DNA from: Octopus sinensis
Taxonomy: Eukaryota
NCBI RefSeq assembly: GCF_006345805.1
Contig: NC_043008.1
Coordinates: forward strand, 66,092,001 to 66,156,000
DNA: 64,000 nucleotides
Reading direction: 5' to 3'
Part shown: one piece after another, positions 38,241 to 51,514 of the stretch
Position numbering within the stretch: the first letter of the stretch is position 1
How the letters are laid out: the number at the start of each line of letters is the position of its first letter
Notes under the pieces: model-generated
The model's input: the letters and a program-made list of their open reading frames with translations, nothing else
Database searches by the model: none
What the model was told of the DNA's origin: nothing
Position numbers and translations under genes: made by a program

Positions 38241-39222
38241 TCGGCGTAGTAACGATTCTTTTCTACTCTATGCACAAGGCCCGAAATTTCGGAGAACGGG
38301 TCCAGTCGATTAGATTGATCCCAGTACGCAACTGGTACTTATTTTACCGACCTCGAAAGGATGAAAGGCAAAGTCGACCTCGGCGGAATTTGAACTCAGA
38401 ACGTAAAGACAGACGAAATACCTATTTCTTTACTACCCACAAGCGGCTAAACACAGAGAGGACAGACAAGACAGACAAACGGATTAAGGACAGACAAACG
38501 GATTAAGTCGATTATATCGATTATATCGATCCCAGTACGCAACTGGTACTTATTTTACCGACCTCGGAAGAATGAAAGGCAAAGTCGACCTCAGCGGAAT
38601 TTGAACTCAGAAAATAACGGCAGATGAAATACAGCTAAGCATTTCGCCCGGCGTGCTAATGATTCTGCCAGCTCGCCGCCTTAATCTGTCGGAACATAAT
38701 AAGAATAAACATACAAATCATCGTTTCTTAAAAAGTTTATCCAAAATATAGTGAATTCATGTGATTATATTTACTTTAGGTAACAATAAACTTGAGCAAG
38801 ATCAAGTACAGCTGCTAAAAGTGAGCGAAATGATAGTCTACCTCCATCTTACATACAATTTTTGTAATTGTTTTTTGTAATTGTTTCTAAGATTTGCTCA
38901 TCGGTTACTTAGAGTAAATGAGACTGAGTCCTATACTCTTTTACTCTTTTACTTGTTTCGGTCATTTTTGACTGCGGCCATGCTGGATCACCGCCTTTAG
39001 TCGAGCAAATCGACCTCGGGACTTATTCTTGGTATGCCTAGTACTTATTCTACCGCTAGGTTACGGGGACGCAAACACACCACCATCGGTTGTCAAGCGA
39101 TGTTAGGGGACAAACACACACACTACATACATATATATATATATATATACAACATAATAGAATATATATATATATATATATATAATATAATATATATATA
39201 TATGTATGTGGTGTATATGTAA

Positions 39223-39284
39223 AAGAACTACGGGTGGTAAAAAAATACACACCCAATCAAGCAGCTATAACCAATAGACGACAG

Positions 39285-39329
<45 letters not shown>

Positions 39330-39492
39330 CGACGACGACGACAACGATAATGATGATGATGGTGGTGGTGGTGATGGTAGTGGGGGCGATGATGACGATG
39401 ATTATGATAATAATGATAGCAGTACTGATGGTGATGATGGTGTGGTGGCGGCAATGATAGTGATGTCAACGCCGACTACGACGTTGACGACA

Positions 39493-39528
<36 letters not shown>

Positions 39529-40083
39529 GTAGTGAGAGTGGTGAAGGTGATGATAGCGATGACGAGGACGACGACAACGACGACGACAATGATAATGATG
39601 GTAGTGAGGATGATGATGATGATGATGGCGATGATAATGATTATGATGGTGGTGATGACGACGATGATATGATGAAGTGGAGGAGGTTGGTGATGATAAT
39701 AATTGTGGTGGCGTTGGTTTTGGTGATGGTGATGATGACGATGATGATGCAGAAGAGGATGATGAGAATGACGCCGATGATGATGGTTGTGATAGGTGGT
39801 ATCCATCAACATGCACCACCACCACCGCCGCCGCCGCCGCCGCCACCACCACCACCGCCGCCGCCGCCAGCACCACCACCACCGCCGCCGCCGCCATCAA
39901 TGGTGGCATGTTAGAAATAACAGTGAAATCTCCGTCAACTCACTATTTTCTGTTATTAAAAGGGACGACATATTCGGTAATTTTGACATGTGTGGTAAGA
40001 AGCTTGCTTATCTTCCTGTGCAACGTGTGATGAAGTGTTTTGTTAAAGTACACAACACATGTGTGTGTATATGTGTATATTTT

Positions 40084-40114
<31 letters not shown>

Positions 40115-42131
40115 GGTGTGTGTGTGTGTGTGTGTGTATACATATATACGATGGGCTTCTTTCAGTTTCCGTCTACCAAATCCACTCACGAGGCTATAGT
40201 AGAAAACACCCATGGTGCCACGCAGTGGGAATGAACCCAGAACCATGTGGTTGGTAAGCAAGCTACTTACCACACAGCCACTCCTGCGCCTACCTATAGT
40301 AAATCTTCTATACTATGCTATTGCTGAAACTGATTTCTCGTAGTACTTCCAGATAGGTACCATACTATGGAGGAATCAAGGGAAGCGAGAAGGGAAAAGT
40401 GACAAGGAGACTGGAAGCGAAGGGGAGTGGCATCACGTCAAGAAGTAGGGTCTTCAAACAGCCTCTTTCTTCACCGGTGCATCGAGCACAACAGACGTGT
40501 TGAGGGGATCGTTTTAGGAGAGTAATTCCTTCTGGCCAGAAGCTCGGATAATATACATGTGTAGGTACGACTGTTGAGTTTTGCTGCTTCCTGTGACCCG
40601 ATGTTTGGATATACTGTTGCTGATTGCATCTCCAGATAAGAGCGAGCTTGTCTGGTCCTTACAACTACACACACCTTCACGTTGGTACCTTCATGCATGC
40701 AATGGTACTTTGATGTATGTTTTGTTGGTTGTTGCTATTGCTGTTGCTGCGGTCGTTCTCGTGGTAATCTACGGCTGGTTAAAAGTGCTCAAGCAGTGAG
40801 CGCTACGTTCTTATTGTTTTTGTTTGTTTTTGTTTTGTTTTTGTTTTTTTTTGTTGGCTGTCTTTGTTTTTAGATGTAGTGTATTCTTTTATCCCTTTGC
40901 TTGTTTCAGTCATTTGACTGCGGCCATGCTGGAGCACTACCTTAAACGGTTTTAGCCGAAGAAATCGACCCCAGGATTTATTCTTTGTAAGCCTAGTACT
41001 TATTCTATCGGTCTCTTTTGCCGCACTGCTAAGTTATGGGAGCGTAAACACACCAGCATCGTTTGTCAAGCAATGGTAGGGGTGGACAAACACGGACACA
41101 AAGATACACACTCATAAATATATAGACATATATAAACTCACCGTATGTGTGTATGTGTGTGTGTGTGCGCGCGCACCTGTGTGTGGACACGTGGTCTAGT
41201 GGTTAGGGTGTTACACTCACGATCTAGCGATCGTTAGTTCAATTCCTAAACCGGGTGGTGTGTTGTGTACTTTAGCAAAACACTTCATCTCACGTTGCAC
41301 AAAGTGCCACGCAATGTGACTGAACCCGGAATCATGTGGTTAGGAGGGTAAGCAAGCTTCTTACCACACATGTCAAAATTACCGAATATGTCCTTCCCTT
41401 TAATACCAGAAAATAGTGAGTTGATGGAGGTTTTGACTGTTATTTGTAACATGCCGTGATTTTGCATGGAGCTTTTTCTTGGCTCGCAGTAATGGTGGTG
41501 GTGCTGGTGCTGGTGCTGGTGCTGGTGCTGGTGCTGGTGGTGGTGGTGGTGCTGCTGGTGGTGGTGGTGGTGGTTTTGGTGGTGGTGGTGGTGGCGGCGG
41601 CGGCGGTGGTGGTGGTGGTGGTGGTGGTGCATGTAGATGGATACAACCTACCACAACCATCATCATCATCGTCATCACAACCGTCATCATCATCGTCATT
41701 CTCCTCATCCTCCTCTGCATTATCATCATTATCATCATCCTCATCATCCTCATCACCATCATCAAAACCAACGCCACCACAATTATTATCATCGCCAACC
41801 TCCTCTACCTCCTCCACTTCATCATATCACTGTCGTCATCACCATCATAATTATTATCATCGCCATCATCATCATCATCCCCGCTACCATCACCATTATC
41901 ATCATCATTATCATTGTCGTCGTCCTCGTCGTCGTCCTCGTCGTCGCTATCATCGCCTTCACCACTAACTCCATCACTATCACTACCATTATCATCATCA
42001 TCATTGTCGTCAACGTCGTAGTCGGCGTTGACATCACCATCATTGCCGCCACCACACCATCATCACCATTAGTACTGCTATCATTATCATCATAATCATC
42101 GTCATCATCGCCACCCCATACCATCACCACT

Positions 42132-42162
<31 letters not shown>

Positions 42163-42269
42163 TCACCATCATTATCGCCGTCATCATCATCATCATCATC
42201 ATCGTCACTGTCATCTATTGGATGTAGCTGCTTGATTGGGTGTGTATTTTTTTACCACCCGTAGTTCTT
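39223..42269. repeat. Large inverted duplication (arms 39223-40017 and 41342-42269)
   Basis: Unique flanks (aagaactacgggtggtaaaaaaatacacacccaatcaagcagcta; ttcggtaattttgacatgtgtggtaagaagcttgctta) and the intervening trinucleotide block are mirrored. Confidence 0.9.
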
Positions 42270-42835
42270 ATGTTGAAGAGGAAGAAGATACTGTTTAATA
42301 GAATTATATATGTCAAGATAAACACTGACATCGTTATAATATGGCTGTTACAGAGACAATTTGCAATATATAATACAAATGCATGCATATGTGTGTGTAT
42401 ATAAGTATATGTATGTATGTATATATATATGTATGTATATATGTGTGTGTATGTATATAGATATACGTGTGTATGTGTGTGTGTTGTAGTAGGTTGTTTA
42501 TTGACTAAAATGCCTACTTAATGCGAGAACATTCTGTAATTAATATAATTGGAGAGAAACAAATAATAAACGATGACTTGAGGATTGTTTCAGCGATAAT
42601 TATTATGTCTTTATTATCTCAGACTAGCCGTCTTCATTAGTGGATTTAATAAAATGAAGTTGTTAATTTGTATCTGTATACTTCACGTTAATGTCTAGGT
42701 ATGCCATATGCCACGATCCAGCAAGGAAGGAAAACGTTACGTTAGCAACGATATAGCAAACAGCTACAAATTTCTGATACGGATTACAAGTTTTACCACA
42801 TTGCCAAATAGGTCATCTGCTTATTGTTAAGTTAT

Positions 42836-44323
42836 TCTTATTTCTTTACTACCCACAAGGGGCTAAACACAGAGCGAACAAACAAGGACAGACAAAGGGA
42901 TTAAGTCGATAATATCGACCCCAGAGTAAATTGTACTTAATTTATCGACCGTGGTCGACTTTGGATGAAAGGCAAAGTCGACCTCGGCGGAATTTGAACT
43001 CAGAATGTAGCGGCAGACGAAATACCTATTTCTTTATTACCCACAAGGGGCTAACATAGACAGACATAGGTATTAAGTAGATTACATCGACCCCAGTGCG
43101 GAACTGGTACTTAATTCATCGACCCTCGAAAGGATTAAAGGCAAAGTCGACCTCGGCGGAATTTGAACAGAACGTAACGCAGACGAATATACCTATTTCT
43201 TTATTACCCACAAGGGGCTAGACATAGAGGGACAAACAAGGACAGACAAAAGGATTAAGTCAATTATATCGACCCCAGTGCGTAAATGGTACTTAATTTA
43301 TCGACCCCGAAAGGATGAAAGGCAAAGTCGACCTCGGCGGAATTTGAACTCAGAATGTAGCGGCAGACGAAATACCTATTTCTTTATTACCCAACAACGG
43401 GCTAGACATAGAGGGACAAACAAGGACAGACATAGGTATTAAGTCGATTACATCGACCCCAGTGCGAACTGGTACTTAATTCATCGACCCTCGAAATTAT
43501 GAAAGGCAAAGTCGACCTCGGCGGAATTTGAACTGAGAACGTAGCGGCAGATGAAATACCTATTTCTTTACTACCACAAGGGGCTAAACACAGAGCGAAC
43601 AAACAAGGACAGACAAAGGGATTAAGTCGATAATATCGACCCCAGAGTAAATTGTACTTAATTTATCGACCGTGGTCGACTTTGGATGAAAGGCAAAGTC
43701 GACCTCGGCGGAATTTGAACTCAGAATGTAGCGGCAGACGAAATACCTATTTCTTTATTACCCACAAGGGGCTAAACATAGACAGACATAGGTATTAAGT
43801 AGATTACATCGACCCCAGTGCGGAACTGGTACTTAATTTATCGACTCTCGAAAGGATGAAAGGCAAAGTCGACCTCGGCGGAATTTGAACTCAGAACGTA
43901 ACGGCAGACGAAATACCTATTTCTTTATTACCCACAAGGGGCTAGACATAGAGGGACAAACAAGGACAGACAAAAGGATTAAGTCAATTATATCGACCCC
44001 AGTGCGTAAATGGTACTTAATTATCGACCCCGAAAGGATGAAGGCAAAGTCGACCTCGGCGGAATTGACTCAGAATGTAGCGGCAGACGAAATACCTATT
44101 CTTTATTACCCAACGGGCTAGACATAGAGGGACAAACAAGGACAGAATAGGTATTAAGTCGATTACATCGACCCCAGTGCGGAACTGGTACTTAATTCAT
44201 CGACCCTCGAAATTATGAAAGGCAAAGTCGACCTCGGCGGAATTTGAACTGAGAACGTAGCGGCAGATGAAATACCGCTAAGCAATTCGCCTGGCGCGCT
44301 AAAGTTTCTGCCAGCTCGCCGCC
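42836..44323 (-). repeat. Tandem array of 8 SINE-B body units (~180 bp) with a 2x4 higher-order structure and a single head
   Basis: Units begin at ~42838, 43026, 43192, 43374, 43558, 43746, 43916 and 44095. Diagnostic variants recur with a ~720-bp period. The head ggcggcgagctggc occurs only at ~44323. Confidence 0.9.
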
Positions 44324-44878
44324 TTACTATTATGGTTTATAGGAATTCTAAATTGACCCTAGAATTGGACTTGTAGTTATATATAGGAGAGGGCGCAGAA
44401 AAGTTACTGGCTTTGGGTAAAAGAAACTATGTTTTCCTTCCTCGTTGGATCGTAGCATACCTAGACATCATCATGAAGGATGTAGATACAAATTAACAAT
44501 TTATTCCCCCTCTCAGATTCACAAACTCACTGCAGCGGTCCTTCGGTATTTTTTTAGCCTTGTACAAGAACTTGGAAGGTTAAGCCAAAACGGAATTTGA
44601 ACTCGGTCGTACAGACAGGGGAAATGCCGCTAAGCATTTTGCCGGGCAGGCTAACGATTCTGTCAGCTTGCCGCCTTATGCATATATATAGTTATTAATT
44701 GTTCGTAAAATTCATTTGAATCAAGGTATTCTTTTTTTAAAATAAGAAAAAAATAAGGTTAGGGTCGAGATCAGCATAGCAGTGTATATACTGTATACGG
44801 ACACTCGCGCATATGCCAATGCATATATGGACATACCCTGACATTTACATATGCACATGAACAAATAAATATATACGA

Positions 44879-45575
44879 AGGCGGCGAGCTGGCAGAAACG
44901 TTAGCACGCCGGGCGAAATGCTAGGCGGTATTTCGTCTGCCGTTACGTTCTGAGTTCAAATTCCGCCGAGGTCAACTTTGCCTTTCATCCTTTCGGAGTC
45001 GATAAATTAACTACCAGTTACACACTGGGATCGATGTAACCGACTTAATCCGTTTGTCTGTCCTTGTTTGTCCTCTCTGTGATTAGCCCCATGAGGGTAG
45101 TAAAGAAATAGGTATTTCATCTGTCTTTACGTTCTGAGTTCAAGTTCCGCCGAGGTCGACTTTACCTTTCATATTTTCGAAGTCAATAAATTAGGTAACA
45201 GTTGCGTACTCGGGTCGATCTAACCGACTTGCCCCACCAAAAAAATTTCGGGCCTTTCTTCCTTTCGAGGTCGACAAATTAGGTACCAGTTACACACTGG
45301 TGTCGATGTAATCGACTTAATCCCTTTGTCTATCCTTATTTGTCCCCTCTATGTTTAGCCCCTTGTGGGTAATAAAGAAATAAGAAACGTTAGTACGCTG
45401 GGCGAAATGTTTAGCGGTATGTTGTCTGTCTTTACGCTCAAATTCCACCGAGTCGACTTTGCCGTTCATCCTTTCGAGGTCGATAAATTAAGTACCAGTT
45501 GCGTACTGGGGTTCGATCGAATCCACTGACACCCCACTCCTCAAAAATTTGGAGCCTTGTGCCTAGAGTAGAAAA
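44879..45575 (+). mobile_element. Chain of nested SINE-B copies
   Basis: Tail aaagaaata(g/a) is followed by resumption at ggtatttc (45111) and gaaacgttag (45384). Confidence 0.85.
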
Positions 45576-45711
45576 ATAATATACACATCCATGTATATGA
45601 AATTATATACATATGCAGCTCAGAAAACAGTTTCACGATCCACTGTGAGTTCCAGATCCAATATAGGGAAGGTTCTAGGAGTGATGTTCACATAGAGAAC
45701 ACAAATGTGTC

Positions 45712-45745
<34 letters not shown>

Positions 45746-45973
45746 ATGAAGATAGGCATACATATGCAAATACATAAATTTTATATACACATAAATACAT
45801 GCATGCATGCACACACAGACACATAAAAAAATTGGCGGAAGGAAATAATGGATCTTGAAGCAGATAAAGCTATAAATAATATGTAAATTTTGAGTTAAAA
45901 ACTGATTGGGTAGAAAATATTAAGGCTGCCCGTGCAACTCGAACCCACATCTATGAATATGATAGGCGGTCTA

Positions 45974-46191
45974 AGGCGGCGAACCGGTAGAATCATTAGC
46001 ACCCCGGGTAAAATACTCAGTGGTATTTCGTCTGTCTTTACGTTCTGTATTCAAATTCCGCTGCGGTCGACTTAGCCTTTCATCTTTTCGGGACCGATTG
46101 AGTAAATACCAGTTGAACACTGTGGTCGATGTAATCGATTTACCCCTCCCACGAAATTACTGGTCTTAGTCTTGTGCTAAAATTTGAAAGT
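45974..46191 (+). mobile_element. SINE-B with an 18-bp TSD, inserted in another tRNA-derived element
   Basis: aatatgataggcggtcta (45956-45973) / aatatgatagccggtcta (46192-46209). The host element matches ~19590-19660 in reverse. Confidence 0.8.
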
Positions 46192-47039
46192 AATATGATA
46201 GCCGGTCTACCATTGGTCCAAAGTAACCCTTCGAATTTCTCTATTCAATTTAGAAACTTTATTCTTAGCAGCGAGTCTGGAGGAAGAAGAATAGTTTAAT
46301 ACCCTTACAGGTATCCAAGACTAAAGAGACTGCGTTAATGTTTCGTTTAAACCGTTGCAAATCAGTACAAAAAAGGTAATACTCAACATCATTGTAGGCC
46401 TACCCTGGATAAACCATTAAATAAAATGAGCATGCTCTTTGGGCATCAAAGCAAGGGGAGAACCAGAGAAATAATAACTGGTTTACTGCATAAAAGAAAT
46501 CCCTCTAGACTTGCTTAAATAACATCCGGGATGCCTTATCCCTACTAAATAGAGAAGCAGATGTGTTGCGTAAGATTAATTTTGAGGGTCTGGCCAAAGA
46601 CAATTTTAAAGAAGTAGGAAATTTTTCAAATATAAATAAAGTGGAAATATAGAAAAATAAACATTATTTTTCATATTACTGTTAGTTTTGTTTCATTTTG
46701 AAAAATAAAATTTTACTTTATGGTTCATTATTGTTTATATTTTGAATTACATATCTATGGGGGCACCAAAATCTTTTAAGTGCTTAGGGCCTCTATGGAT
46801 CTTAATCTATCTCTGGTGTAGGCCTGTGGTCCCTCGGTCAAGAAGTTCCTGAATTTCTAGGCCTGTCATAACTTCCCCGTGTTACTCATCTTTGCTAGCT
46901 AAATCGACTAGAGCAACGTGAAAGAAGTGTTTTGTTCAGGAACACAGCACATCGCCTGGTCCAGGAATCGAAACTAGAATCTTATGATCATGAATTCAAT
47001 ACCTTGACTACTAAGCCCTGCGCCCCCACCGTTACAGGT

Positions 47040-47330
47040 CAGTACTTGCAGGAGTGGGGAGGAAATTCGAGAAGGTTAATGTTCTAGGAATGAAGGATTG
47101 AGCATAGCGATTAGAGCCGATAAAGGCGGAGTTGAACACATCTATGAAGTTGGGCGCACCAAAGGTGACGACAGGTTGAGATATTAGCGAGTCGGGAGTG
47201 TCGGCGTTTTGGATGTAGGAGACCAGCTGACTCCAAGAAGCAAAAACCATTATGACCGTCTCTCGTAGTCCGAGAAGAACGGTTCTGCACAGATGATTTA
47301 TTTATAGCACTCAAATGTTTGTGCTGAACA
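47040..47330 (-). mobile_element. 3' end of a CR1/Jockey-like LINE
   Basis: SNRYAQSFIPRT..FSNFLP resembles the SFxPRT..LWNxLP C-terminal motif. Confidence 0.55.
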
Positions 47331-47481
47331 TTAGATTACTGAGGTGTACTTGCATAGCAAGTGACCTGATCTGAGATCGTGTGCTGGAACGAAACGAAAA
47401 CAATTGCAGCGTGGAAGGTGTTTATAAGCCATTTAAGAAACACACAAAAACCGTTGATTCACTTCAACATTTAAATTTAAA

Positions 47482-47530
47482 TTGCCAAAATATTTTCGTC
47501 GCTTTGAGACCCCGACCTGTTCACTGACAA
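47482..47530 (-). ncRNA. Type I hammerhead-like motif with a swapped G3-C8 core pair
   Basis: UUGUCA-GUGAACA-g-GUCG-gggucucaaag-CGAC-GAAA-AUAU-UU|UGGCAA. 6-bp stem I (one G-U), 4-bp stem II, palindromic stem III AAUAUU. Confidence 0.6.
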
Positions 47531-48114
47531 AATTCCCAAAATCAACGTTGTCTGAACAGATGCACAGTATACCACGCGTCAAATATCGTGGTGACCACAG
47601 AATTAAGTGAGACGAAGTGTTTTGCTCAAGAACGCAACGCACTACTCGATCCAAGAATTGAAACCATAATCTCGCTATCATGAGTGCAACACTCTAATGA
47701 CTGAGCCATGTGCCCTCAAAGAGCATTATTGTAGCGATAGAAAACAGACAGACAGAAAATAAGATGCCTATGGGCCAGAGGCCGGGACACGTCAGTCAGA
47801 GGATGGGACGCCAATCAGCAGCGTGACTTACTTTATCGACCCCGGAAGAATTAAAGTCAAGGGTGATATCGGTAGGATTTGGACTCAGAAAGTAAAGGGC
47901 CGTAAGTAATTACCACGAGGCAATTTGCCCGATGCTCTACCGATTCTGCTAATCCACTAACTACTTGGTCTATCCAGTGTGTCTTTCCTTTTTCTAAAAT
48001 ACTAGGATATAGTTTGACGGAAATGCGGTTGATATTTCTTGCAGGTTTAGCAACCGCATAGAATTGCTGCTTTCCCATTGGCTCGGGTTATTAACTATTT
48101 ATATATAGAAAGGT

Positions 48115-48672
48115 ATTGTTGTTGTTACTGGTGGTGGTGGTGGTGGTGGTGGTGGTACTGGTGCTGGTGCTGGTCGTCGTCGTCGTCGTGGTTATGGTGG
48201 TGGTAGTGGTGGTGGTTATGGTGGGGGTGATGGTGGTGATGGTGGGGGGTTATGGTGGCGGTTATGGTGGTGGTGGTTATGATGGTGATGGTGGTAGTGG
48301 TGGTGGTGGTGGTGGTAGTAATGATGGTGGTGGTGGTAGTGGTGGTGGTTATGGTGGGGGGTTATGGTGGTGATGGTGGGGGGTTATGGTGGCGGTTATG
48401 GTGGTGGTGGTTATGATGGTGATGGTGGTAGTGGTGGTGGTGGTGGTGGTGGTGGTGGTAGTAATGATGGTGGTGGTAGTGGGGATGATGGCGATGGTGG
48501 TGGTGGCGTCGGCGGTAGTGGTGGTGGTGGTGGTGGGGTAGTGCGTTGGAGGTGATGGTGGTGATGAAGGTGGTAGTGATGGTAGAAGAAATGGTGAGGA
48601 GGTGGTGGAGATGGTGGTGGTGGTGGTGGTTGTGGAGGTGGTGGTGGTTGTGGTGGATGTGATGGTGGGGTG
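48115..48672. repeat. (GGT)n low-complexity block with internal duplication
   Basis: ggtggtgatggtggggggttatggtggcggttatgg... repeated at ~48232 and ~48366. Confidence 0.9.
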
Positions 48673-49170
48673 GCCTTAGTGGTAAGATTATGTGTTGGAC
48701 AAAGTTAACAGACACAGACTTGACCATGAAAGCACCGCACCGCTAGCGGAGATGCGAACCATTGTCCTTTCAGTTTACTTTGTGTGCGAAAATGCCTGCA
48801 ATAAAACAAAGCTATTTAGTTCTAATTATATCAAGTAATTTAGAACAGGGTGTAAGTATCTCCATGATGCTACAGGGAACAGGTATGAAGACGCGCCCTG
48901 TCTGAGAATAATGAAAGATAAGGAAAACCACACAGAACCTGCATTAAATAGCATGTGTAAGTGTGAGCGGGTAGAGGGGGGGGTAGAGAAAGACGGAAAG
49001 AAAGAGGGGAAGAGAGAGAGAGAGGCGGTAGGAGAAACAGCTAAGGCCAAAAATATGTTTAGTGTTTAGTGACAAGAATGCTTTGTGACATCTGATCTAT
49101 TTGTGTTACATTCTAAGAGCTTCCAGAAAATAAAGATATCAGTTTTAGAATAGCTTGATGAGAAATGCAC

Positions 49171-49217
<47 letters not shown>

Positions 49218-49500
49218 CATGCACAGACATACTTTTATGTATACGTATGTATGAGAAAAAGAAGACAGACACTTCACAAGGTACGTCCCAGTTCGTCTAA
49301 ATGAGGTATTTTTATTCCACCGAGAGTGCTCTATAACTCATTAAGAATTAATTAGAGCCGCTATAACAAAAGTCTATGCGAAAGAAATACAGAAATATCA
49401 TGGTAAAGGAGAATTAAGAATACATCAACACAAAAAAAAAACGTGTGTTCTTACACAGACACACGCGCATATATATATCTAGGCGGGTATATATATAAAA

Positions 49501-49730
49501 GGCGGCGAGCTGGCAGAATCGTTAGCACGCCGGGCGAAATGCTTAGCCGTATTTCGTCTGCCGTTACGTTCTGGGTTCAAATTCCGCTGAGGTCGACTTT
49601 GCCTTTCATCCTTTCGGGGTCGATAGATTAAGTACCAGTTACGCACTGGGGTCGATATAATCGACTTAATCCGTTTGTCTGTCCTTGTTTGTCCCCTCTG
49701 TGTTTAGCCCCTTGCGGGTAGTAAAGAAAT
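49501..49730 (+). mobile_element. SINE family B (full length)
   Basis: Complete head, core and tail. Flanking near-repeat atatatat(c/t)taggcgggta. Confidence 0.9.
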
Positions 49731-49970
49731 ATATATTTAGGCGGGTACACATATGCATATACATATGCACATCTACATATATATCTATGTGTGAGTCACT
49801 TCTGACAGAAAACGTCAATTTTAAATGGCGGTGCCCCAGCATGGCCACAGCTCGTGAGCTGAAACTAGTTGAAAATGAAAATGAAAATGATATAGTGTAT
49901 GTGTGTGTATGTATATGTTCGTATGTATGCATATCAGGGTGTTTGTGAGTATGTATATATGTATATGTGT

Positions 49971-50283
49971 GGAGGCGCAATGGCCCAAGTGGTTAGCGCA
50001 GCGGACTCGCAGTCGTAAGATCACGGTTTCGATTCCCAGACCGGGCGTTGTGAGTGTTTATTGAGCGAAAACACCTAAAGCTCCACGAGGCTCCGGCAGG
50101 GGGTGGTGGCGAGCCATGCTGTACTCTTTCGCCACAACTTTCTCTCACTTTTTCTTCTGTTGGCCTGCTCGCTTAGCCAGCGGGGTGGCGTCATTTGAAG
50201 GCTAAAACAATGCGAAGCGCATTGTGACCAGCGATGTGTAACAACATCTGATAGCCTGGTCGGTCACAGTGGTCACAGTGATA
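49971..50283 (+). mobile_element. SINE family C (full length)
   Basis: tRNA-like head; tail ends in (ggtcacagt) repeats. Confidence 0.8.
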
Positions 50284-50542
50284 TATGTATATGTGCAACG
50301 GTAAGTAACATACGTAATACCTCGGTCCTTGAGTTACGTAGTATGTTCTACCAATTAAGATATATATATAGAGAGAGAGACGATAGCCAGCTGAAGATGC
50401 TTTCCTGGGGCTGAATAACAGCAACATTGGTCCTAATCAGAACTGCCACTTTACGTTGGCAAATAAACTTTTACTTTAAAGTTGCTGCATGTTTCTCGTT
50501 AAGAGATTTAGAACTAATAATTTATACATATATATATATATA

Positions 50543-50895
50543 GGCGCAGGAGTGGCTGTGTGGTAAGTACCTTGCTTACCAACCACATGGTTCCGGGTTC
50601 AGTCCCCTTGGGCAAGTGTCTTCTACTATAGCCTTGGGCCGACCAATGCATTGTGAGTGGATTTGGTAGATGGAAACTGAAAGAAGCCTGTCGTATATAT
50701 CTGTATATATATATGTATATATATGTATGTGTGTGTGTATCCCCCTAGCATTGCTTGACAACCGATGCTGGTTTGTTTACGTCCCCGTCACTTAGCGGTT
50801 CGGCAAAAGAGACCGATAGAATAAGTACTGGGCTTACAAAGAATAAGTCCCGGTGCTCCAGCATGGCTGCAGTCAAATGACTGAAACAAGTAAAA
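50543..50895 (+). mobile_element. SINE family A
   Basis: Family A with small internal deletions. Confidence 0.9.
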
Positions 50896-50917
50896 TATAG
50901 AGAAGAAAAAGAGAGAG

Positions 50918-50974
<57 letters not shown>

Positions 50975-51330
50975 TATATATATAATATATATATGTATGT
51001 ATGTATGTATATATATATATATATATATATTATATAATATATATATATATGCAATGTTAGTCCCTCGAGTCCGAAAAAGATGAAAAAACAGTTCGCAATT
51101 TCTTGTTAAACAACCTGCACACCTGCACATATGATACGTTTGTACCGATCAAATGTTTCTTCTTTACATTAGTTCCCGCCCTCCGTCAAATTGACGTTAC
51201 CTGAACAGGTGCACGATGTACCGTGAAACCACACATCTAGTGTGAATGTGATCGCAGAGCCATGTCACGTGAAGTGTTTTTCTCAAGAATACAACGCGCC
51301 ACTCGGTATATATATATATATATATGTATG

Positions 51331-51417
<87 letters not shown>

Positions 51418-51473
51418 ATATATATGTGTATGTATGTATGTATGTATTGTTCCTATATAAAGATGTTACTGCC

Positions 51474-51514
51474 AGTGACTTCGAAGTTTCGGCCAACTAA
51501 GCCATCGTCGGACT
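51474..51514 (-). ncRNA. Minimal hammerhead motif (U4C) in a tiny inverted pLTR remnant (51445-51550)
   Basis: AGU-CCGACGA-u-GGC-uuaguug-GCC-GAAAC-UUCGAA-GUC|ACU. Stem III ACUUCGAAGU is a perfect palindrome. Confidence 0.6.

Noticed and set aside
42836-44323. Regular repeat array as CRISPR
   Set aside because: No unique spacers, the units are SINE bodies, and the context is eukaryotic with no cas genes.
50385-50435. ctgaagatgc... possible hammerhead
   Set aside because: No GAAA and no stem III/NUH in register.
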